Assembly: GCF_009834535.1 (NCBI RefSeq)
Contig: NC_045696.1
Location: forward strand, 82,834,001-82,898,000
Direction: 5' to 3'
Length of the DNA: 64,000 nt
Source: Camelus ferus
Taxonomy: Eukaryota
Shown: in pieces, positions 49,835-63,202 of the stretch
Numbering within the stretch: position 1 is the first letter of the stretch
Layout of the letters: every line of letters begins with the position of its first letter
Translations under genes and position numbers: made by a program
The notes under the pieces: model-generated
The model's input: the letters and a program-made list of their open reading frames with translations, nothing else
What the model was told of the DNA's origin: nothing
Database searches by the model: none

Positions 49835-50879
49835 GTGGGGATTTTTTTTTTTTTCTTTTTGCTGTTGGTTTTTTGAAAGGGCCTTTCTCTAAAGTCCACC
49901 TAAAGGGAATTCTTTTTTTTTTTTTTAAGCTATCTTTGGAACTTGACAGCTTTTAAAAACACAGGAGTGTGTTAGATGAAATGACGGAAGATGTGTTGTT
50001 ACTTTATTTTATTCGAGATTTCCGAGACGATTAAGACATTTGGGAGACAAATGCAGTTCTGTTAGCAAATCAAAAGCGAATAATTCACCCAGGGGGGAAA
50101 ACGTTTCTGAAGAAACTTAAGCTTTTGTCTTGGGGCAAGAATATGCAGAGTAAGAAAGTTAATATGTTGGTGAAATATTTGAATAATCATGTAACATATA
50201 TGTAAAAAGATATTCTTTGGAAATGAACCTGTTTTTAAATTAATTTCACTGTTGACAGTGGCAATGGCAATAATGTTAACACGGAATAAAATTACACCTA
50301 GAATTTTTATGTGCAGTATATGCAATAATTAACTCCCTGCCCCTGCAAAAAGGAATGCTAGAAAGCTAAGGGGATAGATGATTTTTGACTTTGAAATTAA
50401 CAAGTTTTCCACGTCTTTCTGCAAATATGAAATGGAACTGGTGTTGCATTTCACTGACTTCACCCTATTTCCTTCATTAAATATTTCTCTAGTGTGTCAG
50501 TAGAACTGCCTTTCTTTTTCTTTCTTCTTCTTCTTCTTCTTCTTCTTTTTTTTTTTTTTTTTGGGTAGTCAAGAAAACAAACAACACAGATCAACCAGAA
50601 ACCAAACAAGCCAAAAAACAAAACAATAATCCCAACCTTTTGCTAGTTTGAAGTGTGCACTGCTGTTGTTATTTATGTTCCTTCTAGACATCCGAGGAGG
50701 GGGGAATCTCCAGTTGCCATTTGAGTTGATCAGCATTGAGAGTTGAAGAAAACAACTTAAAGTTTGTAATTTTATAAATAAGAAATTGTTAAAATCTGTT
50801 CTTCTCACTAGAGAGGGTATTTAATGTAGACATTTTGTTGTTGTTACTGTGAAGAGGTGTCCTGGAAAAAGACTTGCTT

Positions 50880-50883
50880 TGTG

Positions 50884-50931
<48 letters not shown>
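50880..50931. repeat. (TG)n microsatellite, about 25 units with one interruption
   Basis: gtgtgtgtgtgtgtgtgtttgtgtgtgt...; ends about 90 nt upstream of the 51021 acceptor. Confidence 0.95.
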
Positions 50932-50933
<2 letters not shown>

Positions 50934-51020
50934 GCAATTATTATCCTTATCTTCTGTTTCAGTTTTTCTTTTTAAAATTGTGGGACAACTTATTGCCCTT
51001 TAATTGTCTCATGGCCAAAG

Positions 51021-51083
51021 GCTTATTCATAATGCCTCTTGACTAGAGACCTCAGAGCACTGGGCTGCTTCTTGAAGTTTGTG
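51021..51083 (+). other. MECOM: 63-bp cassette exon (orthologue of the EVI1_1d-specific exon)
   Basis: Acceptor AG at 51019-51020 and consensus donor GTG|GTGAGT at 51084. The sequence GCTTATTCATAATGCCTCTTGACTAGAGACCTCAGAGCACTGGG...CTTGAAGTTTGTG resembles the recalled human 1d exon. Confidence 0.7.
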
Positions 51084-52280
51084 GTGAGTTAATGACTTGA
51101 ATCTGCAACTGAGTTACCTGAATTCTGTGCAAAATTGCTTTCAGTCTATCTACCCACGAGTTTAGTTTTAACTTTTATAGGTATAGATACAGCAGGGTTC
51201 TGTGGGGATTATTTAATTCATTACCTTCTGTTCTAGACTATATTGTTTAGTCTTTGGTAGGAAACTTCCTCAAGTTTGCGTTAACTGATTGACATTAACA
51301 TTACCAGCCTTTCTAGTTGTTCACCATCAGATCAAAAACTCTGCAGCTTTTAGTACTGATGTTTAAAACATTACTGCTGCTAGTGAGTCAGAATAGCTTC
51401 AAAGTACACAAAACCTTAAAAATGGATATTTCCCATTTCAATCTCTGTTTAATAGGCATCCTAAGTAGTGATTGCTATTTAGTGTAGGCCAAATGTAAAA
51501 TCTCATGAAAAATAACAATATCCAAACATATATAATGATGGCAGTTTATTGCAACATCTTTATGTATTTTTCACTTGTTCACAAGCCAGTTTTGGTATTT
51601 TGCTTATGATACGTAAAACTGAAATATGCATTGGCATGTGTTAACCAAAACATTAGGTTGACATATTTTGCATGAGTGTTTACCGATGATTTATTTTCAC
51701 TTGTTTTTCCTTAGTTTCATCAGAAACATCAATGGGACAAATCTCATTATCTTCTTCAATTAAGGGTGTGATTTAATTGTTTCATGGTAGTGCAATGCAA
51801 ACTGAAAAGGAAAAACAATATTTAAAGTTTTTAATTGCATTAATTTAAAGTGCAAAAAATGTGAACATACACACTTAAAAGGGAAGACTATCTGAGCCTA
51901 AAATATTGACTTATTTAGTTTAGAAATATTATATTAATATATGCCATTCAATATTATTTTTGTAAAAATCACATTGGATAAAATTAAGGCAGTAACACTC
52001 ATTCATGCATAACAAGGAAATGAGCATTTTTTGAAACCAATTAATCAGTTTTTGTAATAATTTACAATTGCTTTGTTCCTTTGAAAAAGCAGTACATTGC
52101 CACTTCCAAGATAACTTACTACTATTCCTTCTTTATTCATATGTATGCTGTCTGGACTTTTTTTCTTCTAAGGATTCAAAGGAGGAACTATACATTTGAA
52201 TGAAATATTTTCAAGTAATTAACCATTCTAAATGAATGAACTGATATGGAAATTGATTGTTCTCATCTTCTTCCTTCTAG

Positions 52281-52415
52281 ATCTTAGATGAGTTTTGCAA
52301 TGTGAAGTTCTGCATAGATGCTAGTCAACCAGATGTAGGAAGCTGGCTCAAGTACATCAGGTTCGCTGGCTGTTATGATCAGCACAACCTCGTTGCATGC
52401 CAGATAAATGATCAG
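52281..52415 (+). CDS. MECOM: MECOM internal exon (MDS1-EVI1 exon 3 = EVI1 exon 2), PR/SET domain part: ILDEFCNVKFCIDASQPDVGSWLKYIRFAGCYDQHNLVACQINDQ; coding in MDS1-EVI1, 5' UTR in most EVI1 transcripts
   Basis: Polypyrimidine tract and acceptor tctcatcttcttccttctAG at 52280, donor CAG|GTATGT at 52416, 135 bp open in phase 0. The peptide matches recalled human MECOM except Y->C at residue 6. Confidence 0.98.
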
Positions 52416-55400
52416 GTATGTTGTAAAGATTTTCTTGTCTTTCTTTGAGAGCACTAAAGTATCAGTGAAGCCTGAAGAATAAAAATAACAGTGAGCTGCA
52501 ATAGACCCTTGTGGCCTGTTTGTTGATATGGGAAAAGGTAATGCCCAAATATAAGATGCAGAATAAAGTCATTTTCAGTACTACTTTCTTTCAGTACTTC
52601 TATTTTGGGGAGTTTATTCAGTTTGTGCTAGTAGACTTCATAAATGCTTTAGTTTTCTGAGTGTGATTGAATTAGTTAAAAGCTGAATACTACTTATTGT
52701 TAGCTGGTTTTTGCCTTTTTTCTTTGCCATCATAACAGAAAGATATTCATAGAAAGTATTGAGCTAGTGAAGAACACTTTGTGAATTTAAATTTATGCAG
52801 AAATGGGAAGTGATACACTTGGAAGATCATATAGATTTTATTTTAAATAGTAGGTAGATATATATGTAGGATCTGTGTGCGAACTTATCTGATTTTGCAT
52901 CTGATTTGCCTAATTATAATGAGAAACACTTTTGGATCAAATGCATTTTTTGTTGTTTATGTGAAAAGTTCAAAAATATCACTGCTTGAAATTGCCTTAT
53001 GGAGGCCCATGCAGTGAGGTTAACTTTAATAACAATAACCATGAAACAAGATCATGAAAATATCATGAAACATATTTTGCACTCAGTAAAGGGAGGTTAT
53101 GAATCTTGTAACTTTGGATGACAGTACCTAAAACGAAGAGAAGGTCAACCTGTTAATTTTTGTTTTATAAACATCACTGGGTTAGAATTTAATTATGTTA
53201 TCATAATTTATTTCTTTTAACCCAATGGTGACCTAAATCAAATACGTTTCAAAGACTGTATTAAAATGGTGGCTTGGCAAATCTACTAGGAAAATCACCA
53301 CCAAGAAAAAGAAAAGTTTAAATTAAGATGTTTCCAATTGAAAGCTAGTAAGTAGTACTAGCGTCATATGGTCCAAGACTATTTCAGTCGTTGCTATGAG
53401 ATTATTCTTTGGCATTTTACCAGCTACCAGACAATTTTTACTGACTAAACTGCATGAGGTAGTACATTATACAATTAGGTTTAAATGAGAATCATTTAAA
53501 AATCTTCAACATATATCAAAAATAATAAACCAATCAATTGTTTTTTCTCTTTGCTGGAAGAAAACAAGAGGCGTTATTGACAAAGGAAAACATTATTAAA
53601 TTAGCTATTGATTGTGTGCAGAAAATATCCCAGGTCTGTCATATGAGTTTCTGTCACCATCAACAATGCACATTTTTTGAGCACTGACTATTTGTAGATG
53701 TGGGAAATACGTAGGTGTTGTAAATGAGTGAATTGTATGTGTGATGTTTCCTAAAAAAGGAACTGGTGGACTTCAAAAGGCAGCCGTAAGATGAAATAAT
53801 GTAATTATGTCATAATAATTATTTGCTATCCATATTTACTGACAATAGGAGCTGTTTCCTCAGACAGATAAAACTGTTGTAGGATCAGTGAAAAGATGGT
53901 TTAAGAATAGGACTTGTGGCCAATCCTTTTTTCATTTAATATTTATGCATCTGATACTTTATAATAAATATACTTTTGTCCTTGGGAATCATGATTGCAT
54001 TAAAAAGGGAAACTATTTTGCTGCTTCTAAGTATGAATCAATTGCTTATTACAGTAGGCATCTATAATTTTCACATAGTTATTTTTGAGGCACACGTTGT
54101 GAAAAGCGTTGCTTTTGAAAGAATGCTAGCCTCACATCTCAATGAATAGCATGTTTACCTATGTCAACTGAAGAATCAGGGAAAATAGTTAATCAAGAAA
54201 AACATAAAAGGCCAATATTAGACATAAACTATTATTTCTGTAACTTCTCACTTTAAATTTATGCATTATGTTGGCAGAAATCTAAAATTGTAACAGAGTT
54301 CATATCAAATAACGTAATTGTGAAATTGACATTACATGGTTAAGTAAGTTCACGCATAAACAACGAGAGAGGAAAGTCAGAGGCAAAAGTCAGATTTGTG
54401 TGATAGGCATGTATGCATACAGTCACACTTAACCCAGCTGACATGACAAAAGAGAACAGACACCCAAACGGTGTATGCATATATTATAAACATATTCATC
54501 TATAAGCAGGTTTGTACATTTCTAAAAACCAGTTAAGACTAGCAATTCCAGGCAGCTTTGAAAGGTGAATGTTGGACTAGGTACAGTGATAAAAGAGCTG
54601 ACTAAAGAGCTTCTCTAGGTCTATTTTTCCACCCTCTTTTCCATGAGGAATAGGAGTTGCCAAATGGTGAATGAGCATAGCTCATCACCTGATGAAGGCT
54701 CCCACTGTGTGAGATATTATTTAATATCCAGATACAGGGAGAGACCCTGGATCAGGAGTAATTCTTAAACATTAACAGCGTCCACTCACCTGCACAACAC
54801 AAAAGCAAACGAAGCACTTTACAAGGAACTGTAAAAAGTGTTTCTTTTTGCTCTGATTCTTAGATAGAGCTCAAGTTTATAAAATGAATTCTAAATCAGT
54901 CCTGGACTATGAAAGGGAAGAATTTTAGAGGAATCTTTCAATTGCAAACTAGTCGTTATAATAATTAGGACATCTCACAAAGAAGGAAAAAGATGACCAA
55001 AAACAAAAAAGAGGGTCTAAATTATAGTTTTAGTTTTGCAAAGATACATATTTTTCAAAATTCAAATATTAAAGATCAAGTTTAGTCAATTTGGATCAGT
55101 ATTCTAATGATGTGAAGGAGTTCTATAAAAGAGAATAAATGTGTCTGCTAAAGATGATAATACAGTTTGGTAACAGTGAGACAGTCAAAACACGTATACA
55201 GGATAAAACTCATCTGATTTGTTGGGAGGTGAATGACTACTTAGAAACAGCAAGGGTTTTGATTTTCAGTTAAAGTGGATAAAGGATGTAATCTATTTTG
55301 TATCATAAAAACAAAGGCTAATCAATTAACATTTTCCTAATGCCTCTCTATAAGCATTTTATTTGAGGGGATTTTCCTGAGCTTAAATCTTCCAGTAGAT

Positions 55401-58400
55401 TTCTCTGAGCTATTTTATTGCAGATTTTTTTTTTTTTTTCCTGGCCAGAGTGAGCTTTGTGGCAGCTTTCTTTCTTGACAATATTGCCTGGAAGACTCGG
55501 GTTTATTGTTTTTAGATGTCTTTTCCATTTCATGTTTTCAAAATTATTACAGTGATTTTTCTGGAGATAGAAATACTTAAAAGACTGGCATCCCTGCTAA
55601 ACCATAATTTCTAAGTAGCTGCAGCTTCTGACTGATATCCTTGTTCCCTCCTGAAAGTATTGTATTAACCATAGTAATTTATCTTTGTAAAAGAAGGCCG
55701 CACCAAAGACACTAGTAAATTAAGACCACAGTCACACTCAAGTCCTAAAATAGTGGATCCATTAAAAACACCCAAGGCTCTTTACCCTTGACGTCCTAAT
55801 TATTTTTTCCCCTTCCTCCTTGAACTTTCTGTACAGTGTTACATGACACAGTTTTTAGCTGGAAATTTTTATGGAGACAGACAATGCTTCAGTATTTGTA
55901 CATTTTAACAGCCTAAAGTTGTCCCACTTGAGGATCAAGAACTGGTGCTGAGAGGTAGATCAGGGCAGGAGCAAAAGCAGAGAGTTGGATGATGAAACTT
56001 CTTTCCAGAATAGGTCCTCAAGAGGACCAGATATGCAGAGGAAGCGTGAAAACGGTTTATTAACTCTTCAGAGGTTGCAGTTACCTCTGGAAGCACCCAT
56101 GTGTTTAATGTCAAGGAGGCCAAACATCTAGATGATTTACTGACTTGTTTTTTTTTTTTTTTTTTAATTTGGATATTTTGATGTCCTTTCCTTTGACGTC
56201 TTGTAGATATCTTACTTTTACAAACCATTTCAATGAGTGAATGGATGGAGCAGTTGCTTTAGGTTTGGTCTCACCCTGCTCCTACCGTTCCCTCCATCCT
56301 TTGATAAGTTTCCTCATACTGTCACATTGCTGTACACTCCATCTAGGTCAAAGGCAGGAGGACCCACAGACCCCCTAGGTACCTCAAATCGGGCCAGTTT
56401 TTATCTATGATATGTTCACAAGTTGTGTGTGTGCAAAATAGCTCTCTGGACACAAGTCTTCCTCTAATACTTCTTCATGGTGAAACCATGTTGGCTGTCA
56501 TCGGACAGGCCAGTAAGGCCCAATTCATGTAAGGGGACTACTTAGACCTACCAGGACCTGTCCTTCCACTCCTGAGAATTAGAATGACCTGGGCGTGTAC
56601 TCTGGGGTAACATTTTATAGGTATATGTGTGTGTTCTGCATCGTAGGAAGGAACACCTTTTCATTCCAACTGCTGGCCTGCCCTAACATGGTCTACAAGT
56701 GGAATAAAGTTCTCAGAAACCCAAGACATTATTAATCTTGTCATTTACACAAGGTGATAAGTCCTTTCATTTTTAAACAGGCCCTTGACAGCTGGTATTT
56801 AGTAAGTAGAATAAGAGAAGGCTGCTGTTCGCACTAAGAGAAAGAAATGTGTCGATAAGAGATTATCTAATTCCTGATGTATATTTTGAAGAAATAGGAA
56901 TATAGAAGAGCGAGTGCCCCTCAGAGAATACAAGGCCAGAATTGACTTCAGGGCTTCTGCCAGCTCTCTTGTGGTTGAGGAACAGCAGCAAGATTCTACA
57001 GTGTTTGCAGTTGGAACAGGCATTGTTCTCGTTTGTGCTTTACCTTATAAACTTTTAACTGCTTCCAGGACCATCATGGCTGAATTGGCACACCCGCGTC
57101 CCTCTCCTCAGCTCCACGTCCGTGGTTCTATCAGGCTGCTATGACACTAGAACAGTATTATTATTGCAGGCTTATTATGGGCTCAATTATCAAGTTATTT
57201 TCTTTGGCTTTTTACTGGGAAAAAAAACTGTATTCCTGCATCATTCAATTAATGCAATTTGTGCAAAAAAGCAGGGAAGATCAGCGATGTAAAAGCAAAA
57301 TGTAAGATCTCAGCCTCTTTCTACTTTTTAAAAATGTTTGCGTCAACCGTCAGGTCATTTGTTAATTTGCTCTTCCTTTACAAGTATTTCTGTCCACATT
57401 TTCTATGACCTCTTTTGATGTTAAAATTATTATTGGCTTTGGCCATTTTCTTTGCTTTGCTTTTAAGTCAAGTTCCACTTTTATACCAAAGTTATGTTCT
57501 GCTGTTTTAAGATGAATGCCAGCTGGCAATACCCAGAGACTGGCTTTGTGAACAGTGCCTAAGCTGACTTTGGGGGGATGTTGTCTGGCTGATAAGTTAC
57601 TTCCTTCACCCAAAGAAGAAACTGTCTCAGACATAGTTTGCCATTTGATATTTATGTGATAAAACAAATAGCATCCCCCTCAAAAAAAGTTTCCCTCGTA
57701 TAATAACGCCCCGAACACAACACTGCCATAATACTACACAGGCTAAGAGTTTTTATTAAGATGCACAGACCGCAGAAGTTGGAAAAAGAGGATGATCTGA
57801 AGTATTCTGTGCACATTTAAAGCAATTAATGTTTGCATGCATGCAACACTTTTCATTCAGGAAGGTCTCAAAGCATCACACCCACACGAGATTCTAGCTA
57901 TTTCTGGAAGATAAAAAATAGTCATCAGAATGCATGACAAGCCATCAAGGAGGAAGATGTGTTGGTCAGGAACACAAGAAAATCCTCTAGCCTAGTTAAA
58001 AAAACCCCAAGGATGATCTTTAGCTTTCTCATCATATAATGATGGGGCTCTTCCCAAGCATTCGGAAATTGTTCAGAATGATCCATTTTCAGCCACTTTG
58101 AGGACAGGTGGCTAATGCATATTTCTTGTAGGGTCTGTAGAGAGATCCTTGGAGGTTATTGCACAGGGCGGCTTGCAAGGTTTCTAGGCTGGTTACACTG
58201 TAGGCTCCAGGTACCATAGTAAGTGGACCTTTATTTATCACTTGCCCTATTTTTTGCAAATCGGAGCCAACAGTCAATTCTCTCTGTTTCATCCAGTAAA
58301 TTATACTTGGCTTTCTCTTTGTGTTATTAACAAAGAGATTAAAAATGTGGGGTGGGAGAAAACTCCTCCATTAATATTTTTGTTCCAAAAATAGGCAGTG

Positions 58401-59689
58401 GATACATAGTTTTCACTTTGGAAGCGAATATAAAAAGACAGTATTTGATATTTCACAGTTAATATTTTCTAGTCTTTAGATGTTACCCTAAAGACAAATA
58501 GGGGTTACTATGTCTTTGGAGAAGCTAAGGATGGTTTGCTTTGGCAAAGCTCGGCCATGATAGTGCTTGCATTCTGCTGGACACGTACCTTTACATTCTG
58601 TCATCAGTCTCTCTGTCTGCTGGAGACACTTTTCCTCATCTCTTACTCATCAGGATCAGAATGTGTAATAGGGTCCTTCTTCCAGAGGCCAAAACTTGAA
58701 CATCACTCTTGCCCTCCTGAATTGGGGTTTCCCCCGTTGCTACGGATAGATCAAGGGTCCAGACGGTGTTTCCTAAAGCCAACACGTGTGCCCACATTGT
58801 CTCTGTGGACTTGATGTTACCGCTGCAGCACCAAGACTGACCGATGTGTTAATATCAAACGTTGACTTTGTTCAGATACGCAAACTGTTACCTACCTCTG
58901 CTCCCACCCACCCTCCAAATGTTAAAGTTCCATTCAGCTTTTTCTAGTCTTGAGACTGGCAAACCGAATAAAGCTATAGAAAATAAAACATTCGGGCTGA
59001 ATGTTAGGAGCTGGAAGGGGAAGAAATCAACTGTCAGCCTCAGAGTGAAAAGACAGCAATAGTCTGAAAAAGTTGTCTCGCAGTGCAGATTTTGCAGGGA
59101 GTACATTTCTCTATTATTTCAATTATTACAACTTCCTGAAGAGGGTGAAGGTCACTCATAATTCACACTTCTGCCATTTTTAGACATGCCAAATGCAGTC
59201 TATTAAGCATAAATAAAACTTCCAGTGCTTGACCAGGAAAAATAAACGGGGATTCGTAACAATGAGGCCTTGTTCATCTTTTTAAAAGTAAATGATCTGT
59301 TTTCTTTCTTGTTTTCCCTCTTGTGCACTGAATTTTTCTGCTGTCTCAATAGTACAAGCCTAACACTTTAAATCGATCCAAGCATAGCAAACTAGACAGC
59401 AGGTTTGGTCTGACAGATTTTAGATTTTTCTATTTTATAGGATAATAAACAAGAACCCACATTATTACCATCTATAAATACAAATGGTAGCATCATCAAT
59501 TTGATGGAGGAATAGGTTGAACACAGGCTCTGACAGTATAAGACAGAATTAATCTGAAAATCTTTTATAGCCTGTTAACTTTCCTATCAGAATGCTTATG
59601 TGTCCATACTCTCTTTAGTGGCTGTCTTCTCGGACTTAAATAACAAAAGAAAATTAATATTTAATAACATGGGATACATTCCAGCGCTG

Positions 59690-59960
59690 ACTATATATAA
59701 TGTATAATTATATATAACATATGTTACCTGTAATATGTAATTTATAAAAATTGTAAATACATATAACTTATGTGATATAAATTAGAATTAATCATATGTC
59801 ATTAAATATTAATTTATGTTAATATATAAAATGTGAGATTGCTAATATCTTATGCAGATTTTAAAATTTCCCTAAAACATACACTTTGCCACATTTATAC
59901 ATCACATATAAAATATATAACATATCCAAGCACACATATAGTTATATATAGCATTGTATG
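59690..59960. repeat. AT-rich low-complexity (TA-rich) tract
   Basis: ctatatataatgtataattatatataacatatg...; almost no G or C. Confidence 0.7.
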
Positions 59961-62900
59961 AAAATATAACTCAAAAATTTGCTAAAGCAAATCTACATCA
60001 CCACTGCCTTTTAGCCCTAGCATAGCTTTGCAAATACTAATTGAATGGATATTCTTTTGGCATTTGGAACTGATGTCAAGGTTTGATTAAAATAAATCAG
60101 ATATAATAATTATCTTTAGAGCAATTCTTATATACATGTATAATTTTATATTTACGCCTTAAATTGTGAATTTCACCAATAGTAGAAGTGAACAGTTCAG
60201 AGGATTTCTAGTTTTATTTTCAAAGATCTGAATGACTTAGAATTAAAAAAAAAAATTAAGAAATTTCACTAGTGTGCTATATTTTAGCAAAATTTAAAGA
60301 TAAAAGAATACAAAAGATCTATTAAAACACTTACTATAAACATTTATTCTTATAAATGAAGTATTCAGAGGTCCAGATATAATATCCATATTAAATGGAT
60401 AGAAATACAGCTTTCTGGAAAAATTAAAAAGAGTCCAGCAAGACATTGGGAAAAATAATTTTTTTACATGATAAAATAAAAAGACCACCTCAACTTCTGA
60501 AAGTTTCAAATGTATGGAGAGTTAGGTCATGTTCATAAGATGTTGTGTTTCTGGAATTTGGTGTATTAGTTACCAAATAGAAAACTCTAACAGAGTTAAC
60601 ACAGTTTTAAAATATTTATTGACTTTTTAAAAAATGGAATTCCCATATAATCCTATTTTCTTTATTACAAGGCCCCATTCCTCTAATTTTTCACCTTATA
60701 TTGGGAGGGATTGAGTTTTTCCCTTCTAATAGAGTGATCTGAGAGAGACAGATAAAAATAATAAATCAACAACCCTTTTGTATTAATTCCAACTTTCTCT
60801 AAGTGTTTGAGACTTTTGATCCCCTCTTTATATACTTGAGTTGAATTCATCACAAGATCCCAGATCCAACACATTTTTATTTTGGTTCCAGATAACTTTT
60901 TCCATAAAACCCCCTGATGGAAGAGACCTGTTAACTCTTTTATGGAATTTAACAGAGTAACTGATTCCCTTCCATTTCTCTCCAGCACAAAACCAGAGAG
61001 GTTATATTAGTAGCGTCTCTGCTTCTGGCACATAACTCAGATGCCATTAATTCACAGGACTGCAATGTTGCCAAAATTTGGAGAATACACTGATTTTAAA
61101 GACATTGTGATTGTATTTGTCTAAAAGAGTGGCCAGTCATACTTAATAGACAACCCTGCAGAAGCTGCATAAATTACTTCTCTCCTCTGTTATATTTTCA
61201 TTTGCCAAAAGACCTATTTTATCACGTAAAAGCATAGATGTGACCTCTTATTTTCTGAAAGGCTTGATTCCTCCAAGATTACGTTCCATCATCCCCCCCA
61301 CATAATTGCTTTGAGGCAACAGACTGTCATGTTTTCATTAAAACTACTCCTCTCACTTCTCGAACGCCTGCTGGTGTATTTATTGCTAGAATGTAAACCA
61401 GCTTTGTATGTAGACATTGCTGAATTCAAGTTTTCAGATCATACTTTGGGGCCATCATAATTACAGGAGGAAAAAACATAATTTTACTTAAGTCTCTCTA
61501 AGATCCGAAGAGATGAGATATAGTGAAGATGGCGAGTGGTAGCAACACCTTGGAAAAAAACCACTGGATTTGTAAGGGTGGTAGATGGGACTTCGAGGCA
61601 CATTCTTACTCCGATAGGAGGAACCTTGCCCAGAATCTGCCCTCATTACGTCGGGCTCTTGCCAGTTCTTTTCAAACCTCAGTTTCATGAGCACCATAAA
61701 AATTCACTTAAAATCGAAAAGAACACCCTGAAGTTAAAACCCACTCTGCTTTGCCTTGCCTTCCGTGGCCTGGAATGTCACCTTTTACCTCCAGTAGATA
61801 AAGCCAACATCAACACTCTTCCGTGTCTTTTATTTTTTATGCACTCAATATTCTTCACATGACAATCTGGACACTTAAAGGGAAATTACAGTAGTGATCT
61901 ATGTCCCGGCGAAGAGAACTGTCTTTCTAATACACAGTTACAACATATCCATCATTTTCTTTTGTTGCTTGGACCGTTCACATTGGATTGAGTAAATCTA
62001 AAATGGAATTAAAAGAGACATGATTAATAATGAACTCCAAAGAAACAGTGATATCATAATCCTCTCTTCCAGTGATCTCGCTTGTGTATCTAAGCAGCAT
62101 TCCCCAACAGAGACAACCGTACTGTTTGACAGTCTTGCGGGATGTTGTCTCTTTAACCTCACTATTTCCGAGAAGCCACCGAAAAGTTCTAATATGTCAC
62201 AATTCAAATGTCAACATGTTGTTGGAAAGGAAGCTAATAAGTTAAACCTTTGAGAGATGCCAAGAGAAGAGGTGATTCAAACTGTTGAGAGAAGTCCATT
62301 GTTTTCTAAGGGGAAATGGAACTCTAGAATGAAACGGGGTACTTATAAGCGTTTAACTGGAAGGGTTAGGAGAAAAAAGCAAACGGACGCTCATTTTTTT
62401 TTTTTTTTTTAATCTGGTAACTTTTTGAGTAGAACTATGCCTCTCAGCATACTTCCAAAGAAAGGAAAATGTGAAGATTAGGGTTAATAAGATACAAGCT
62501 GTAAACTTGCTGGTTTTCATAGAAACAGCACATTACAAGGTGTAATTTTCCTGAGACGGTCTGGATTCTACATATAGATAGAGATAAAGAATCTTAGATT
62601 AAATTATAACGTATCAGAGTAACATTTTATGTTTGGCATTATTTTCTATAAACCAACTTGATGTCATTAAATTACTGTTGCCTGAAAAAAAAAGATTTTA
62701 TTTTGACAGGGAAGAAACTAATCAGAAAATTCTCCTTGAGTTATTTTTTGAATTTAGCACAATTTTATGCTCTGGGCTTTTTAAAGAAAAATAAACAATT
62801 GGACTTCAGAGCCACCTACTGGAATGAAGAGGCACGTACTTATGCTTAATGTCCTCTGTTTTTCGAAAGATAAACAAACAGATAAATATAATTAAAGTTA

Positions 62901-63138
62901 TGCATGTTTCTGTTGAGCTTAAAAGACATTAAATTATTCAGCTTTTCTCAATTTCTAAAATCAAGTGGTTCTGAAAAAAAGCTACAGTTAGAGGAATGTC
63001 TTCTCAAAATAAATCCTTCCCACCTACTAGGGTGTACCAGTTTGTGTTATGTGATTTTTCTTCCCGTTGGATCAAGACTGAGCAGAATTAAATCCCTAGT
63101 TTTGTTGTTGTCGTCGTTGTTGCTTTTGGTGGTATTTG

Positions 63139-63202
63139 TGCTTGTGTGTGTGTGTGTGTGAGAATGTAACTGCTTGTGTGTGTGTGTGTGTGAGAATGTA
63201 AC
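63139..63202. repeat. Perfect 32-bp tandem duplication containing a TG tract
   Basis: TGCTTGTGTGTGTGTGTGTGTGAGAATGTAAC occurs twice in tandem. Confidence 0.92.

Larger units (their letters stand above)
48150..49900 (+). promoter_or_regulatory. MECOM: EVI1 internal promoter region and CpG island with multiple alternative first exons
   Basis: CpG-dense at about 48570-48750 and 49370-49830, with C-tracts, (CA)26, an EBF-type TCCCTGGGGA (48381-48390), a DR5 element and three downstream splice donors. It lies 2.4-4 kb upstream of EVI1 exon 2. Confidence 0.85.

Noticed and set aside
49374..49899. Overlapping 110-172 aa ORFs on both strands
   Set aside because: These are by-products of the GC-rich CpG island (few stop codons). 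They run across splice donors and poly-T tracts and resemble no known protein.
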